Shown: positions 27,856-35,761 of the stretch, piece by piece
How positions within the stretch are numbered: position 1 is the stretch's first letter
Layout: every line of letters starts with the position of its first letter
Source of the DNA: a virus
Length of the DNA: 64,000 nucleotides
IMG/VR virus record: IMGVR_UViG_3300032242_003291
Span: 208,285-272,284 of that record
Direction: 5' to 3' (one strand)
Notes under the pieces: model-generated
Databases searched by the model: none
Told to the model about the DNA's origin: nothing
Seen by the model: only the letters and a program-made list of their open reading frames with translations
Program-made: the position numbers and the translations under genes

Positions 27856-27860
27856 AGATA
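27853..27860 (-). promoter_or_regulatory. Bacteroidota -7 box TATCTTTG plus the conserved leader (duplicate of 26478..26485).
   Basis: ttttgtgaatacaaagataag recurs. Confidence 0.5.
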
Positions 27861-27891
27861 AGGAGACTATTTCAAACCGCCAAAACTTTTT

Positions 27892-28308
27892 TTATTTATT
27901 ATAACAATCCATACATAATTGGCCTGAACCGTCCACATAACCTATTCTCATATCCACGTGTGTGGAACGTAAATAAGCCGTTTCTTTTCCACATAGTACA
28001 CATTTATCTAATGTGTTAGGGTCTTCTGCCTCCTGTTTCAAAACACATCCCAAATGGTCGTACCCCACCAAATAGTCGTATTCCACGTTTGATGTATCTT
28101 CGCCACAGATAGAACAGGTATATGGACGGACTATAGACTTAACAAGACCATCTTCTCCGATAATGATACCGAAGTGTTCATCATCATATTGAGGTCCTTC
28201 TTGGTCCCTTCTGGCTTGCCAGTATTTATTTCTTGTTAATTCACCTAACATTGCATCGTTTGGTGTATCAAGGATTTCTTTTTCTGTTAAAGTAACTTTA
28301 ATTGACAT
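27892..28308 (-). CDS. Cys-rich hypothetical protein (CxxC...CxxC, zinc-ribbon-like).
   Basis: CSICGED...CVLCGKE...CMDC. Confidence 0.4.
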   Translation of the reverse strand: MSIKVTLTEKEILDTPNDAMLGELTRNKYWQARRDQEGPQYDDEHFGIIIGEDGLVKSIVRPYTCSICGEDTSNVEYDYLVGYDHLGCVLKQEAEDPNTLDKCVLCGKETAYLRSTHVDMRIGYVDGSGQLCMDCYNK

Positions 28309-28331
28309 ATGTTATTTTTGAAAAAAACTAA

Positions 28332-28757
28332 TTGAAATTTTTTTATAAGTCAAATCTATTTATTACTATGATTAACAAAGAATCTTTGGTCGAGAAGTTA
28401 AAATATTTGATTACTGTAAATGGGAAATCTAAAATGTTTGACATAATGAACGTTTATATTGAACTAAACTTTGTTGACCAAGAACAAACTAAGTTAACAG
28501 GTTATGATTTGGATGTCAAATTTGATTATCAAGGAGCATTTGATTTTGAAATGTCCACTTTTTTATATGATATTCAAAAGATGGAACAAAAACTAAGAGA
28601 ATTTGTTGGTGAATATGTTTTAACTCCTGATGGTAAAATTGTAAGTCGTGCAAACACAGACGTTTCAATGTCAGACGCAAAGGTTTTTAGCATAGAGTTT
28701 GCCGTGGACGAAAAACACATCTTTGATTTAGGATATAGCTTTTATTTTGGAGAATAG
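28332..28757 (+). CDS. Hypothetical protein.
   Basis: ORF track. TAttTTTG at about 28311. Confidence 0.35.
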   Translation: MKFFYKSNLFITMINKESLVEKLKYLITVNGKSKMFDIMNVYIELNFVDQEQTKLTGYDLDVKFDYQGAFDFEMSTFLYDIQKMEQKLREFVGEYVLTPDGKIVSRANTDVSMSDAKVFSIEFAVDEKHIFDLGYSFYFGE

Positions 28758-29601
28758 TATGAGTGATAAATTAAAAAGATTAGCCAAGAACCTTTCGGAA
28801 CTATCATTAGCCGAGGTTGACAACCTACAAGAGGTTTACATCAGACTATGCGGTGTGATGTCCAATCAAAAAGAATACTTCGAACATCTCGGAACTTCCA
28901 ACGTAATCAAATTACTTTTTTATATTTGGTCTTACAAACAAACAGGTCAGTTTGAAATGGGTGATAAGATGATAAATCAAATTGCCTTTGCAATCCTTAT
29001 CACAACAGAAGGTGACAATTATGTTGAATCCTGTGATGGTTGTGCAGGCGATGGTTACGTCAGATGTGATGTTTGTGATGGAACTGGTGGAGTAGAATGT
29101 TCAGAATGTGATGGAACAGGTGAAGAAAATTGTTATCAATGTGATGGTGAAGGTGAAGTTGGTGGTGAAACTTGTGATGAATGTGAGGGTACAGGTAGTA
29201 TGACATGTACAAATTGTGATGGTGATGAAAATTTACAATGTTCTGAATGTGATGGTGGAGATAAAACATGTGATACCTGTGACGGGAATGGTGATGTTCA
29301 AACAGATGAGTACGAATATAAAAAATATTATATAGTGACTTGGAGCAAACTAATCAAAGACAGATGTGAGATAACCGAGGGTGATACTGACATCACAATG
29401 AGTGAATATGATTTTGATAGACTAAGAGAAAAATATGTAGTATTACATCTTGAAAACTTACATGATGAATTTCAAGAGTATGTTCAATCTAATGAAATGT
29501 ATTGTACAACCTATACAGATACCCCAAGATTATACTTCACACAACATATGGAACAATACTTCAAAGAAGACCGTGACGTAATAAAAAACTATATCGTCTA
29601 A
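28747..29601 (+). CDS. Protein with about 8 tandem CxxCxGxG-like (DnaJ-type zinc finger) repeats.
   Basis: CDGCAGDGYVRCDVCDGTGGVECSECDGTGEENCYQCDGEGEVGGETCDECEGTGSMTCTNCDGDENLQCSECDGGDKTCDTCDGNGDV. Confidence 0.5.
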   Translation: MENSMSDKLKRLAKNLSELSLAEVDNLQEVYIRLCGVMSNQKEYFEHLGTSNVIKLLFYIWSYKQTGQFEMGDKMINQIAFAILITTEGDNYVESCDGCAGDGYVRCDVCDGTGGVECSECDGTGEENCYQCDGEGEVGGETCDECEGTGSMTCTNCDGDENLQCSECDGGDKTCDTCDGNGDVQTDEYEYKKYYIVTWSKLIKDRCEITEGDTDITMSEYDFDRLREKYVVLHLENLHDEFQEYVQSNEMYCTTYTDTPRLYFTQHMEQYFKEDRDVIKNYIV

Positions 29602-29603
29602 CC

Positions 29604-30101
29604 ATGAGTGACTTAAATATATTCTTAAAAGCATTAAAAAAAGTTGGTTATCCAAATCCTGATGTAGTTTCTATTGCCCGAATGATGGATTACGACTTGG
29701 AACAATTCTTACCTGATTTAGTCGATGAAGTTGGCGAAGAAAAAGCTGACGAGTTCACTGAAAAAGCACTGAATAAAATAACACCAAAAGAAGGTATTAG
29801 AGTTAATCTTTATGACGACCCAAACCAATATGCCTACATCCATATACATAATCCACGTCTTGATTTAGAAAATGACGAGACAACAGTACTATGTGATTGG
29901 AGTTGGGGAGAAACACAAATTTTACATCAAGACGAAGATGGTAATGAAACTTATAAATCAATCGATGAAATAAGCGAAGACCTTGGTATGGGAGATTGGG
30001 CAGAATATGATGAGTTAGTTGACGGAATCAAAGCAGATTGTAGTGATATTGTTTTCAACAATTGTGGTTTCGGTGTATGGTGGGATGACTATAAATATTA
30101 A
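29604..30101 (+). CDS. Acidic hypothetical protein.
   Basis: ORF track. Confidence 0.4.
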   Translation: MSDLNIFLKALKKVGYPNPDVVSIARMMDYDLEQFLPDLVDEVGEEKADEFTEKALNKITPKEGIRVNLYDDPNQYAYIHIHNPRLDLENDETTVLCDWSWGETQILHQDEDGNETYKSIDEISEDLGMGDWAEYDELVDGIKADCSDIVFNNCGFGVWWDDYKY

Positions 30102-30165
30102 AAAAAGAGAGACCGAAGTCTCTCCTTTGAGGCCGTACAGTTTTGTACAGATTCCACCACCAAGT

Positions 30166-30459
30166 TTAACGAACTTGGAAACCTTTTCCAAATATTTTAT
30201 TAAGGAGTTCTGTTAAATCTTCTCCTTTCATATAACCAACAACGTCATCGCTTCCTTCGGGATAAAAAAACTTTGTGATAAATTCATCACTTTTTCTGTC
30301 AAATATTGCCAGTTCAAAATCTTTTTCGAAGTCACCATACAATCCACTTCTTCCACCAACGATTGAAGCCTCAACTTCTTCGTTAAAGATACGAGTCATT
30401 TTACCACCTTCTAATTGGTGTGGCTTAGACCATTCAATTATGTTTTCTACTGTTATCAT
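30166..30459 (-). CDS. Hypothetical protein.
   Basis: ORF track. Confidence 0.35.
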   Translation of the reverse strand: MITVENIIEWSKPHQLEGGKMTRIFNEEVEASIVGGRSGLYGDFEKDFELAIFDRKSDEFITKFFYPEGSDDVVGYMKGEDLTELLNKIFGKGFQVR

Positions 30460-30725
30460 TTTTTACCTAGTATTTGATTCAGTTTAACCTGAAGTAATTC
30501 AATATTATATCTATCCTTTTGAGTTTTATTGGGTTTATTTTTAATTTCACGAATCAAATCAAGAATATAATCTTCTTCACTGTTTGAATCAAATTCAACA
30601 ATTGGTTCTGCTTTTGGTTGTGGATTAACGTTTGTTTGTTTTCCACTACTTTGTCCAGCTTTATATGCACCATACACAACTGCTGCAAATAAACCCAACT
30701 TTACTATATTTTTTAATGTACTCAT
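30456..30725 (-). CDS. Small protein with an N-terminal transmembrane segment.
   Basis: ORF track. Confidence 0.3.
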   Translation of the reverse strand: MSTLKNIVKLGLFAAVVYGAYKAGQSSGKQTNVNPQPKAEPIVEFDSNSEEDYILDLIREIKNKPNKTQKDRYNIELLQVKLNQILGKK

Positions 30726-31003
30726 TTTGTTTCTAATGCCTCCATTTTTGATTTGTTAATTAAATGTTCCGCTAAAGTATATGTATCCACATTAGTTGTA
30801 ATTATTGAATTTACTAATTGTTTGTGTGGAATGTGAACTAAAAAATCCACACCATTGAAGAATGTTAAATCATTTTTCATTTCAATACATCCTTGTACCA
30901 TTTTCAAAAACAATTTGAATTGTGTTGGGTTAACAAAAGTTTCATTCAAAAGAACACCAAATGTCTCGTGTTGAATTTTGATAATGTGTTGTGGTAGATT
31001 CAT
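30722..31003 (-). CDS. Hypothetical protein.
   Basis: ORF track. Confidence 0.3.
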   Translation of the reverse strand: MNLPQHIIKIQHETFGVLLNETFVNPTQFKLFLKMVQGCIEMKNDLTFFNGVDFLVHIPHKQLVNSIITTNVDTYTLAEHLINKSKMEALETK

Positions 31004-31053
31004 ATGTCTTTATTTAGATTACAAATATAGTAAATTTATTTGAAACAACAAAA

Positions 31054-31719
31054 ATGAACAATTTTTTTTTATTTTCTGAAAAACATGAGTCTTTTGTATG
31101 GCTTCCATCGAGAACAGGAAGTAATCATTCATTTAGTATTCTAAAGTCTTTCGAGTTTGAAAATTATACATATTCAAAAAAAACTAATATGTTGGAACGT
31201 TCAAATACTTTTGGTTATGGGCATTCACTTAATCGATTTCCAAACGATGAAAATTATTGTTTGATAAGTACCGCAAGGCATCCATATACAAGATTGGTTT
31301 CTTTTTTCAAGATTTCAAGATGTTTCAAATATAAAAATAGTTATTCAATAAATTATACGATGGATGAACCTCTGAACGAAAGAAAATTAAAATTCAAAAA
31401 TTTTTTAGATGGTATATTAAATAATCCATCTATAATTCATCCTGCACTTAGAAGTTATACTTTAGATAGAATTCCTAACTTTTTTTTAAGGGTTGAAAAT
31501 TTGTATGAAGACTATATTAAAATTCCCTTCATATCATCAAGTGAATTTAATTTGAGTGGTGAATTAGAAAAAAAATGTTTAATAAAAGAAAACCCAAACA
31601 AAATCGATTTGACTCCTTGGCGAGAATATTTTGACCAATCAGTCGCAGATTTGATTTACAGTAAAACTGAACAATATTGTAACTTATTAGGTTATGAAAG
31701 GGATATTTGGAAGAATTAA
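31054..31719 (+). CDS. Sulfotransferase-like protein (paralog of 19615..20238).
   Basis: LPSRTGSNHS and STARHPYTRLVS correspond to the 5'-PSB and 3'-PB-like motifs. Conserved C-terminus with the paralog. Confidence 0.5.
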   Translation: MNNFFLFSEKHESFVWLPSRTGSNHSFSILKSFEFENYTYSKKTNMLERSNTFGYGHSLNRFPNDENYCLISTARHPYTRLVSFFKISRCFKYKNSYSINYTMDEPLNERKLKFKNFLDGILNNPSIIHPALRSYTLDRIPNFFLRVENLYEDYIKIPFISSSEFNLSGELEKKCLIKENPNKIDLTPWREYFDQSVADLIYSKTEQYCNLLGYERDIWKN

Positions 31720-32261
31720 TTCTTGATAGGATTTTGAATATCCGACATAAGTCTATAAGTTCTTATGATACCTAAATCAGTTAAAGTAACTCTTTCAACT
31801 TCTATTCCCCAATCTTTTGCCAATACTTTAACCTCTTCTGTAATGACATCATTAACATCAACCAAGTCATTCCAGTCTGTTCTTTCAACAATATCTCTAA
31901 TAACTCCTTGAGTGGTGTCAACAAGGACATCCGCAGCGTGATTAACACTCATTAGAAATTTTTTCACATCATACACATGATATCTTATTATTGATTTTAA
32001 TACAATATTTTTTTCATCCTGTGTAGTTAAAGTTTGAGGTTGGAGATGTACTGTTTGTGTGATAACATATGATGTCCAAATATGGTCTAAAAACGGGATT
32101 TTGAATCTAATTCCAGGTTTTATAATTCTTAAAAACTTTCCGCCTCTCATGTGAATTCCTCCCATCCATTCACTAACAATAACCACAGGTATTAGTTCAT
32201 CTTTTAAGTTTAACAGGAAATCTATCAGTTTATCGAACATATATTTTAATTTGAAATACAA
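31716..32261 (-). CDS. SPFH/band-7 (stomatin/HflKC-like) domain protein. True start probably the ATG at about 32240 (MFDKLIDF).
   Basis: IPVVIVSEWMGGIHMRGGKFLRIIKPGIRFKIPFLDHI...TQDEKNIVLKSIIRYHVYD matches the SPFH core pattern. Confidence 0.6.
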   Translation of the reverse strand: MYFKLKYMFDKLIDFLLNLKDELIPVVIVSEWMGGIHMRGGKFLRIIKPGIRFKIPFLDHIWTSYVITQTVHLQPQTLTTQDEKNIVLKSIIRYHVYDVKKFLMSVNHAADVLVDTTQGVIRDIVERTDWNDLVDVNDVITEEVKVLAKDWGIEVERVTLTDLGIIRTYRLMSDIQNPIKN

Positions 32262-32266
32262 AGATA
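32259..32266 (-). promoter_or_regulatory. Bacteroidota -7 box TATCTTTG (minus strand), 18 nt upstream of the ATG at 32240.
   Basis: gaaatacaaagataaac on the plus strand. Confidence 0.45.
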
Positions 32267-32284
32267 AACATTTTTTCTTAAATC

Positions 32285-32316
32285 AACAAAAAACCCTCCA
32301 ATTGGAGGGTTTCTAT
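32285..32316 (-). terminator. Intrinsic terminator (ccctcc-aatt-ggaggg followed by T-run).
   Basis: Downstream of minus gene 32321..33358. Confidence 0.55.
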
Positions 32317-32320
32317 TATT

Positions 32321-33358
32321 TTAATACCATGTTTGTCTTTTCTCATCAAACGTCCAACCATCTCTTTGTTCTCCAGGTTCTCCTGTACCTGTTGGTGGTT
32401 GTGGTGATTTTTGTGTTGTTTGCTCAGGTGCTTGTTGTGCTGATTGTTGCGCTTGTTGTGGCGCTGGTTGTGTTGTATCATTATCCCCTTCAACACCTTG
32501 TTTTGTTGTATTTCCACTATCTTCAACAGCTGTGTAGTCACTGTATGGATTATTATTCTGAGTTTGGCCACCTTTCAAATATTCATCTTTATATGACGCC
32601 CATGCCTTTGTTGTTCTTGGACCCATTCTACCATAACCCGCACCTGTTTTGTTCAAAATATTATTAGCATACCCTGTAGCCCAACCTGCCTTGTTTTCAT
32701 CTAACCAATCTTGGAAAGCCTTTACTCCTTTAATATCTTTTAATTCAGGTGGCGTCGGAGTTACACTTGAAGTAGAGCCACCCCCGCCACTTTTTTTATT
32801 AGTATCACTTTTCCATTTTTTTGTCGCAGAAGTAAAACTATCACCATCAGCAGTGTTTATTATTAGATTAGTTCCATCTACTTTCCAAGTTCCAGTCCAT
32901 GTGTCAGATACTGCTTTTCTAGCTAAAAGATTATCCCATCCATCAGAAATATAAAATTTTCCATCAGGCATAAATCCATAATAATACTTTTCATTCTCAC
33001 CAGTTCTTTGTGCAGCAAGTAATCCAGTGTCTTTATTTCTCACAGTTGGATAATGAATAACCTTAAAATAAGATGTATCTTTTAGGAAAGCCATCAAAAT
33101 AGGAAATTTGTCAAACCATCCTGTAGTTGAGGCAACATTATATTTAGCGTCAAGTTCTGCTTGCTTTTTGTTAGCTGCGGCAATGTCGTCAGCAGTTCTG
33201 TGTTCAGTACCAGGGTCTATTTTGTTTAGTTCCGCTCTTTCATAACTACCAATCACATCTTCATTAAATTCTTGTTCAGAAATTACTCTACCTCTTTGAT
33301 ATCCAAATAAGGATTTCATTCTTGTGATATCTTCATTAATCAATTTTTTTGAATCCAT
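32321..33358 (-). CDS. Virion-protein candidate with a propeptide-like N-terminus (RGRVISEQ), a peptidoglycan-binding-like segment, and a Gln/Pro-rich low-complexity C-terminus.
   Basis: GYGRMGPRTTKAWASYKDEY resembles the PG_binding_1 core. PQQAQQSAQQAPEQTTQKSPQPP forms the low-complexity tail. Confidence 0.45.
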   Translation of the reverse strand: MDSKKLINEDITRMKSLFGYQRGRVISEQEFNEDVIGSYERAELNKIDPGTEHRTADDIAAANKKQAELDAKYNVASTTGWFDKFPILMAFLKDTSYFKVIHYPTVRNKDTGLLAAQRTGENEKYYYGFMPDGKFYISDGWDNLLARKAVSDTWTGTWKVDGTNLIINTADGDSFTSATKKWKSDTNKKSGGGGSTSSVTPTPPELKDIKGVKAFQDWLDENKAGWATGYANNILNKTGAGYGRMGPRTTKAWASYKDEYLKGGQTQNNNPYSDYTAVEDSGNTTKQGVEGDNDTTQPAPQQAQQSAQQAPEQTTQKSPQPPTGTGEPGEQRDGWTFDEKRQTWY

Positions 33359-33384
33359 GTCTATTTTATTTATAAATATTCAAT

Positions 33385-33420
33385 AAAACAAAAAACCCCA
33401 TCCGTAGAAACGGACAGGGT
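33385..33420 (-). terminator. Strong intrinsic terminator (ccctgtccgt-ttct-acggatgggg followed by T6) ending the ORF-free transcript region.
   Basis: 10-bp stem plus T-run on the minus strand. Confidence 0.55.
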
Positions 33421-34341
33421 TAAGGCAAAAAAGGTTGAGAATACACCAAATTGAGAGAGTCTTTACAGGAGATTATTTTGATTCCTCCGATTTCCACTTC
33501 CTTTTGAGAAGTAACTCTCAGTCACGGTCAATTAGATTAACCAATCCTTAAGTCGTAATATACTCTATTCTTACTCATCACTCTTCGAGGTTGCCACCCC
33601 AATTAATCCTTGCGAGATTAGAGAACTTTCAAAACAATCGTATCGGGTTTGGGACCCTCTACGGCCATGAACAACTCATGACTAAGTAGTGACCTGTCTA
33701 CCACGACTGATGAACACTTTTCCTTGTATTATTAATTGATTTGTTAGAATCCAAATTTTAACAAAGGTTGTGATTTGTGGATGATAGATGTAGCGGTTCA
33801 TCAAACCAGCCATCTCATCTTTTGAACGAGACGATACTGAACTACACCTTGAAGTCTCCCGACCTCCATATCTCAAGTTTACTTCATAACTCCTACCTTG
33901 GTAGGTGAAGAGTAAGGAGAACAACAGCACCACCTGTACGAACCCATACCTTTCGGTTTTAAGTCTACTCTAATATTGAACTCCGTAATTGTATAGTTGG
34001 ATGACCATACTTCTTACAACAGCTCTACGAGTTATTCTTATTGGAGTTCCCTCCTCAACCAAACGACCCACATCGCTTGGTCACCCAACCACTTTCCCTA
34101 CAGTGTTACCCTCAGTACTAAAGGTCAGATGATATCCCGCTTGTCTACTCGAGCTCCCTTTCGGAAGCCGCAACCGTTCCAATCAAGAACGAATCACTTT
34201 ATACTACTTTCATAGTTTATTTTATGGATTATAGACCACCCAATATTTTTATTCAAAGAACTATCAAATTTGAAGGAGAGAGGAAACTTTACGACCAAGT
34301 AAACTTGGAACCTTTACTACCTCTTTCCTTCATTTGTCTTA
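33421..34341 (-). ncRNA. Candidate non-coding RNA locus: about 0.9-1.4 kb, ORF-free and GC-richer, bounded by three TAnnTTTG promoter motifs and a strong terminator.
   Basis: No ORF longer than 83 aa on any frame. GC is noticeably above flanking DNA. Promoters at 34342, 34522 and 34847 all point into it. Terminator at 33385. Confidence 0.35.
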
Positions 34342-34349
34342 CAAAGATA
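34342..34349 (-). promoter_or_regulatory. TATCTTTG -7 box (minus strand), oriented into the ORF-free region.
   Basis: ttgtcttacaaagataagattg. Confidence 0.4.
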
Positions 34350-34521
34350 AGATTGTTTTTGGAAACAATCAAATCTTTTAAGAGATTTTTTAACATAATA
34401 ACTGATTTAGTTATTCTCCATTGAAGATGTGTTATTCACCTTCAATCACCCCCTACTCGTAATAGGACAGGTTAACTTTCTCTCCGTGTTAAAGAACTAA
34501 CAACTCTCGTCGTTTGTTTTT

Positions 34522-34529
34522 CAAAGATA
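34522..34529 (-). promoter_or_regulatory. TATCTTTG -7 box (minus strand).
   Basis: tttttcaaagataagaag. Confidence 0.4.
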
Positions 34530-34609
34530 AGAAGAACTTTTCAATTCGTCAAATCTTTTTTTAAAAATAGGGAACCTCGATTTTACGACCATAGTCAACC
34601 CATTCTTAG

Positions 34610-34681
34610 TTGCGAGGGATGGATTCGAACCACCGACCTAAAGGTTATGAGCCTTCCGAGCTACCTCTGCTCTACCTCACG
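34610..34681 (-). tRNA. tRNA with CAU anticodon (Met, or Ile2 if modified), 72 nt, no encoded CCA.
   Basis: Minus strand reads CGTGAGG-TA-GAGC-AGAGGTA-GCTC-G-GAAGG-CTCATAA-CCTTT-AGGTC-GGTGG-TTCGAAT-CCATC-CCTCGCA-A. Canonical T-loop GGTTCGAATCC, anticodon loop CUCAUAA, 7-nt D-loop with GG. Position 1:72 is a C:A mismatch, as in bacterial initiator tRNA. Confidence 0.6.
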
Positions 34682-34846
34682 ATATATCTTAATGATTACA
34701 AACCCACTTCCCCACGGTCACCTATCCACGTCATGCGCTGGTTGTACCAGCGGGTGTAATCAAATTTATTAAAGAACTATCTCAAAAAGAAGTCCCACAA
34801 GCTTCAGTATTTCTCTCGAATCACACACTCGTGGGACATTTGTTTT

Positions 34847-34854
34847 ACAAAGGT
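34847..34854 (-). promoter_or_regulatory. TAccTTTG -7 box (minus strand), about 165 nt upstream of the tRNA.
   Basis: ttttacaaaggtaagtg. Confidence 0.4.
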
Positions 34855-34979
34855 AAGTGATAGTTTTGACACTGTCAAATTTTTATAAAACTTTTTTTGG
34901 GGATGTTTGTCCATTCGGACTTGGATATATAAATATATCCGTTTTCATCAAAGTCTCACAAAGATAGATAAATTTTTCA

Positions 34980-35399
34980 CTATTGTAAAATAATTTCAGC
35001 TAATTTGTAAAAATATTCTCCTGATGTCTCAGGTTTTATCTCTTTCAGAGTAAAATAACCACACTCTGTATGTTCATCTCCATCTATTGCATTCAACAGG
35101 TCAGGGTATAATGGAGTCTCAATTTCTAATAAATAAACATACATAAAACCTTTTACTTTTTTTCCGTCTCGGGTATGTCTTGGGATTAATCCGACAAACT
35201 TTAATTCAAGGTCACCAATATTAATATTTGTTTCCTCGAGAAACTCTCTTTTAGCGCCCTCTTGTGTTGTTTCATTTTCTTCTAACTTGCCACCAGGTAT
35301 AGACCACATACCAGGATATGACCCCTGATTATTTCTTTTACATAAAAGAAGTTTGTTTTTATATTTTACAGCAACCCCGACGTATCTTTTTTTATCCAT
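34980..35399 (-). CDS. NUDIX hydrolase.
   Basis: Nudix box GGKLEENETTQEGAKREFLEETNI matches GX5EX7REUXEEXGU. Confidence 0.65.
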   Translation of the reverse strand: MDKKRYVGVAVKYKNKLLLCKRNNQGSYPGMWSIPGGKLEENETTQEGAKREFLEETNINIGDLELKFVGLIPRHTRDGKKVKGFMYVYLLEIETPLYPDLLNAIDGDEHTECGYFTLKEIKPETSGEYFYKLAEIILQ

Positions 35400-35761
35400 G
35401 GTATTTATATTATATGAAAGTTAAAATTAACGAAAATATTATTAAAGTAAAAACATTAATTGACAAACATTCTCAAGCAATTGGTATGATGGGAAAAAAA
35501 TTTGACAAATCATTTAATGGTTTATTATTTTTAATGGGTGGAAAAAAACAATGCTTTTGGATGAAGAATTGTATCATCCCATTAGACATAATAATAATAA
35601 AAAATAATGTAATAGTTAATATACATCAAGATTGTCCTCCTTGTAATGAAGAACCTTGTCCTTCTTATTGTGGAAGAGGTAATATAGTTTTAGAACTTGC
35701 TGGTGGTAGTTGTGAGAGTCTTAACATACAACCTGGTGATTCTGTTGAATATCTATTTTAA
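35318..35761 (+). CDS. DUF192-family protein. Likely start MKVKINEN at about 35414.
   Basis: GMMGKK...GLLFLMGGKKQCFWMKNCIIPLDIIII...CPPC...IVLELAGGSCESLNIQPGDSV fits the DUF192/COG1430 pattern. Confidence 0.5.
   Translation: MTPDYFFYIKEVCFYILQQPRRIFFYPWYLYYMKVKINENIIKVKTLIDKHSQAIGMMGKKFDKSFNGLLFLMGGKKQCFWMKNCIIPLDIIIIKNNVIVNIHQDCPPCNEEPCPSYCGRGNIVLELAGGSCESLNIQPGDSVEYLF

Noticed and set aside
34785-34835. Hairpin gtcccac...gtgggac followed by a T-run between promoter 34847 and the tRNA, as a possible attenuator.
   Set aside because: The stem encloses a 31-nt loop and the orientation is ambiguous. Evidence is insufficient to call a regulatory element.
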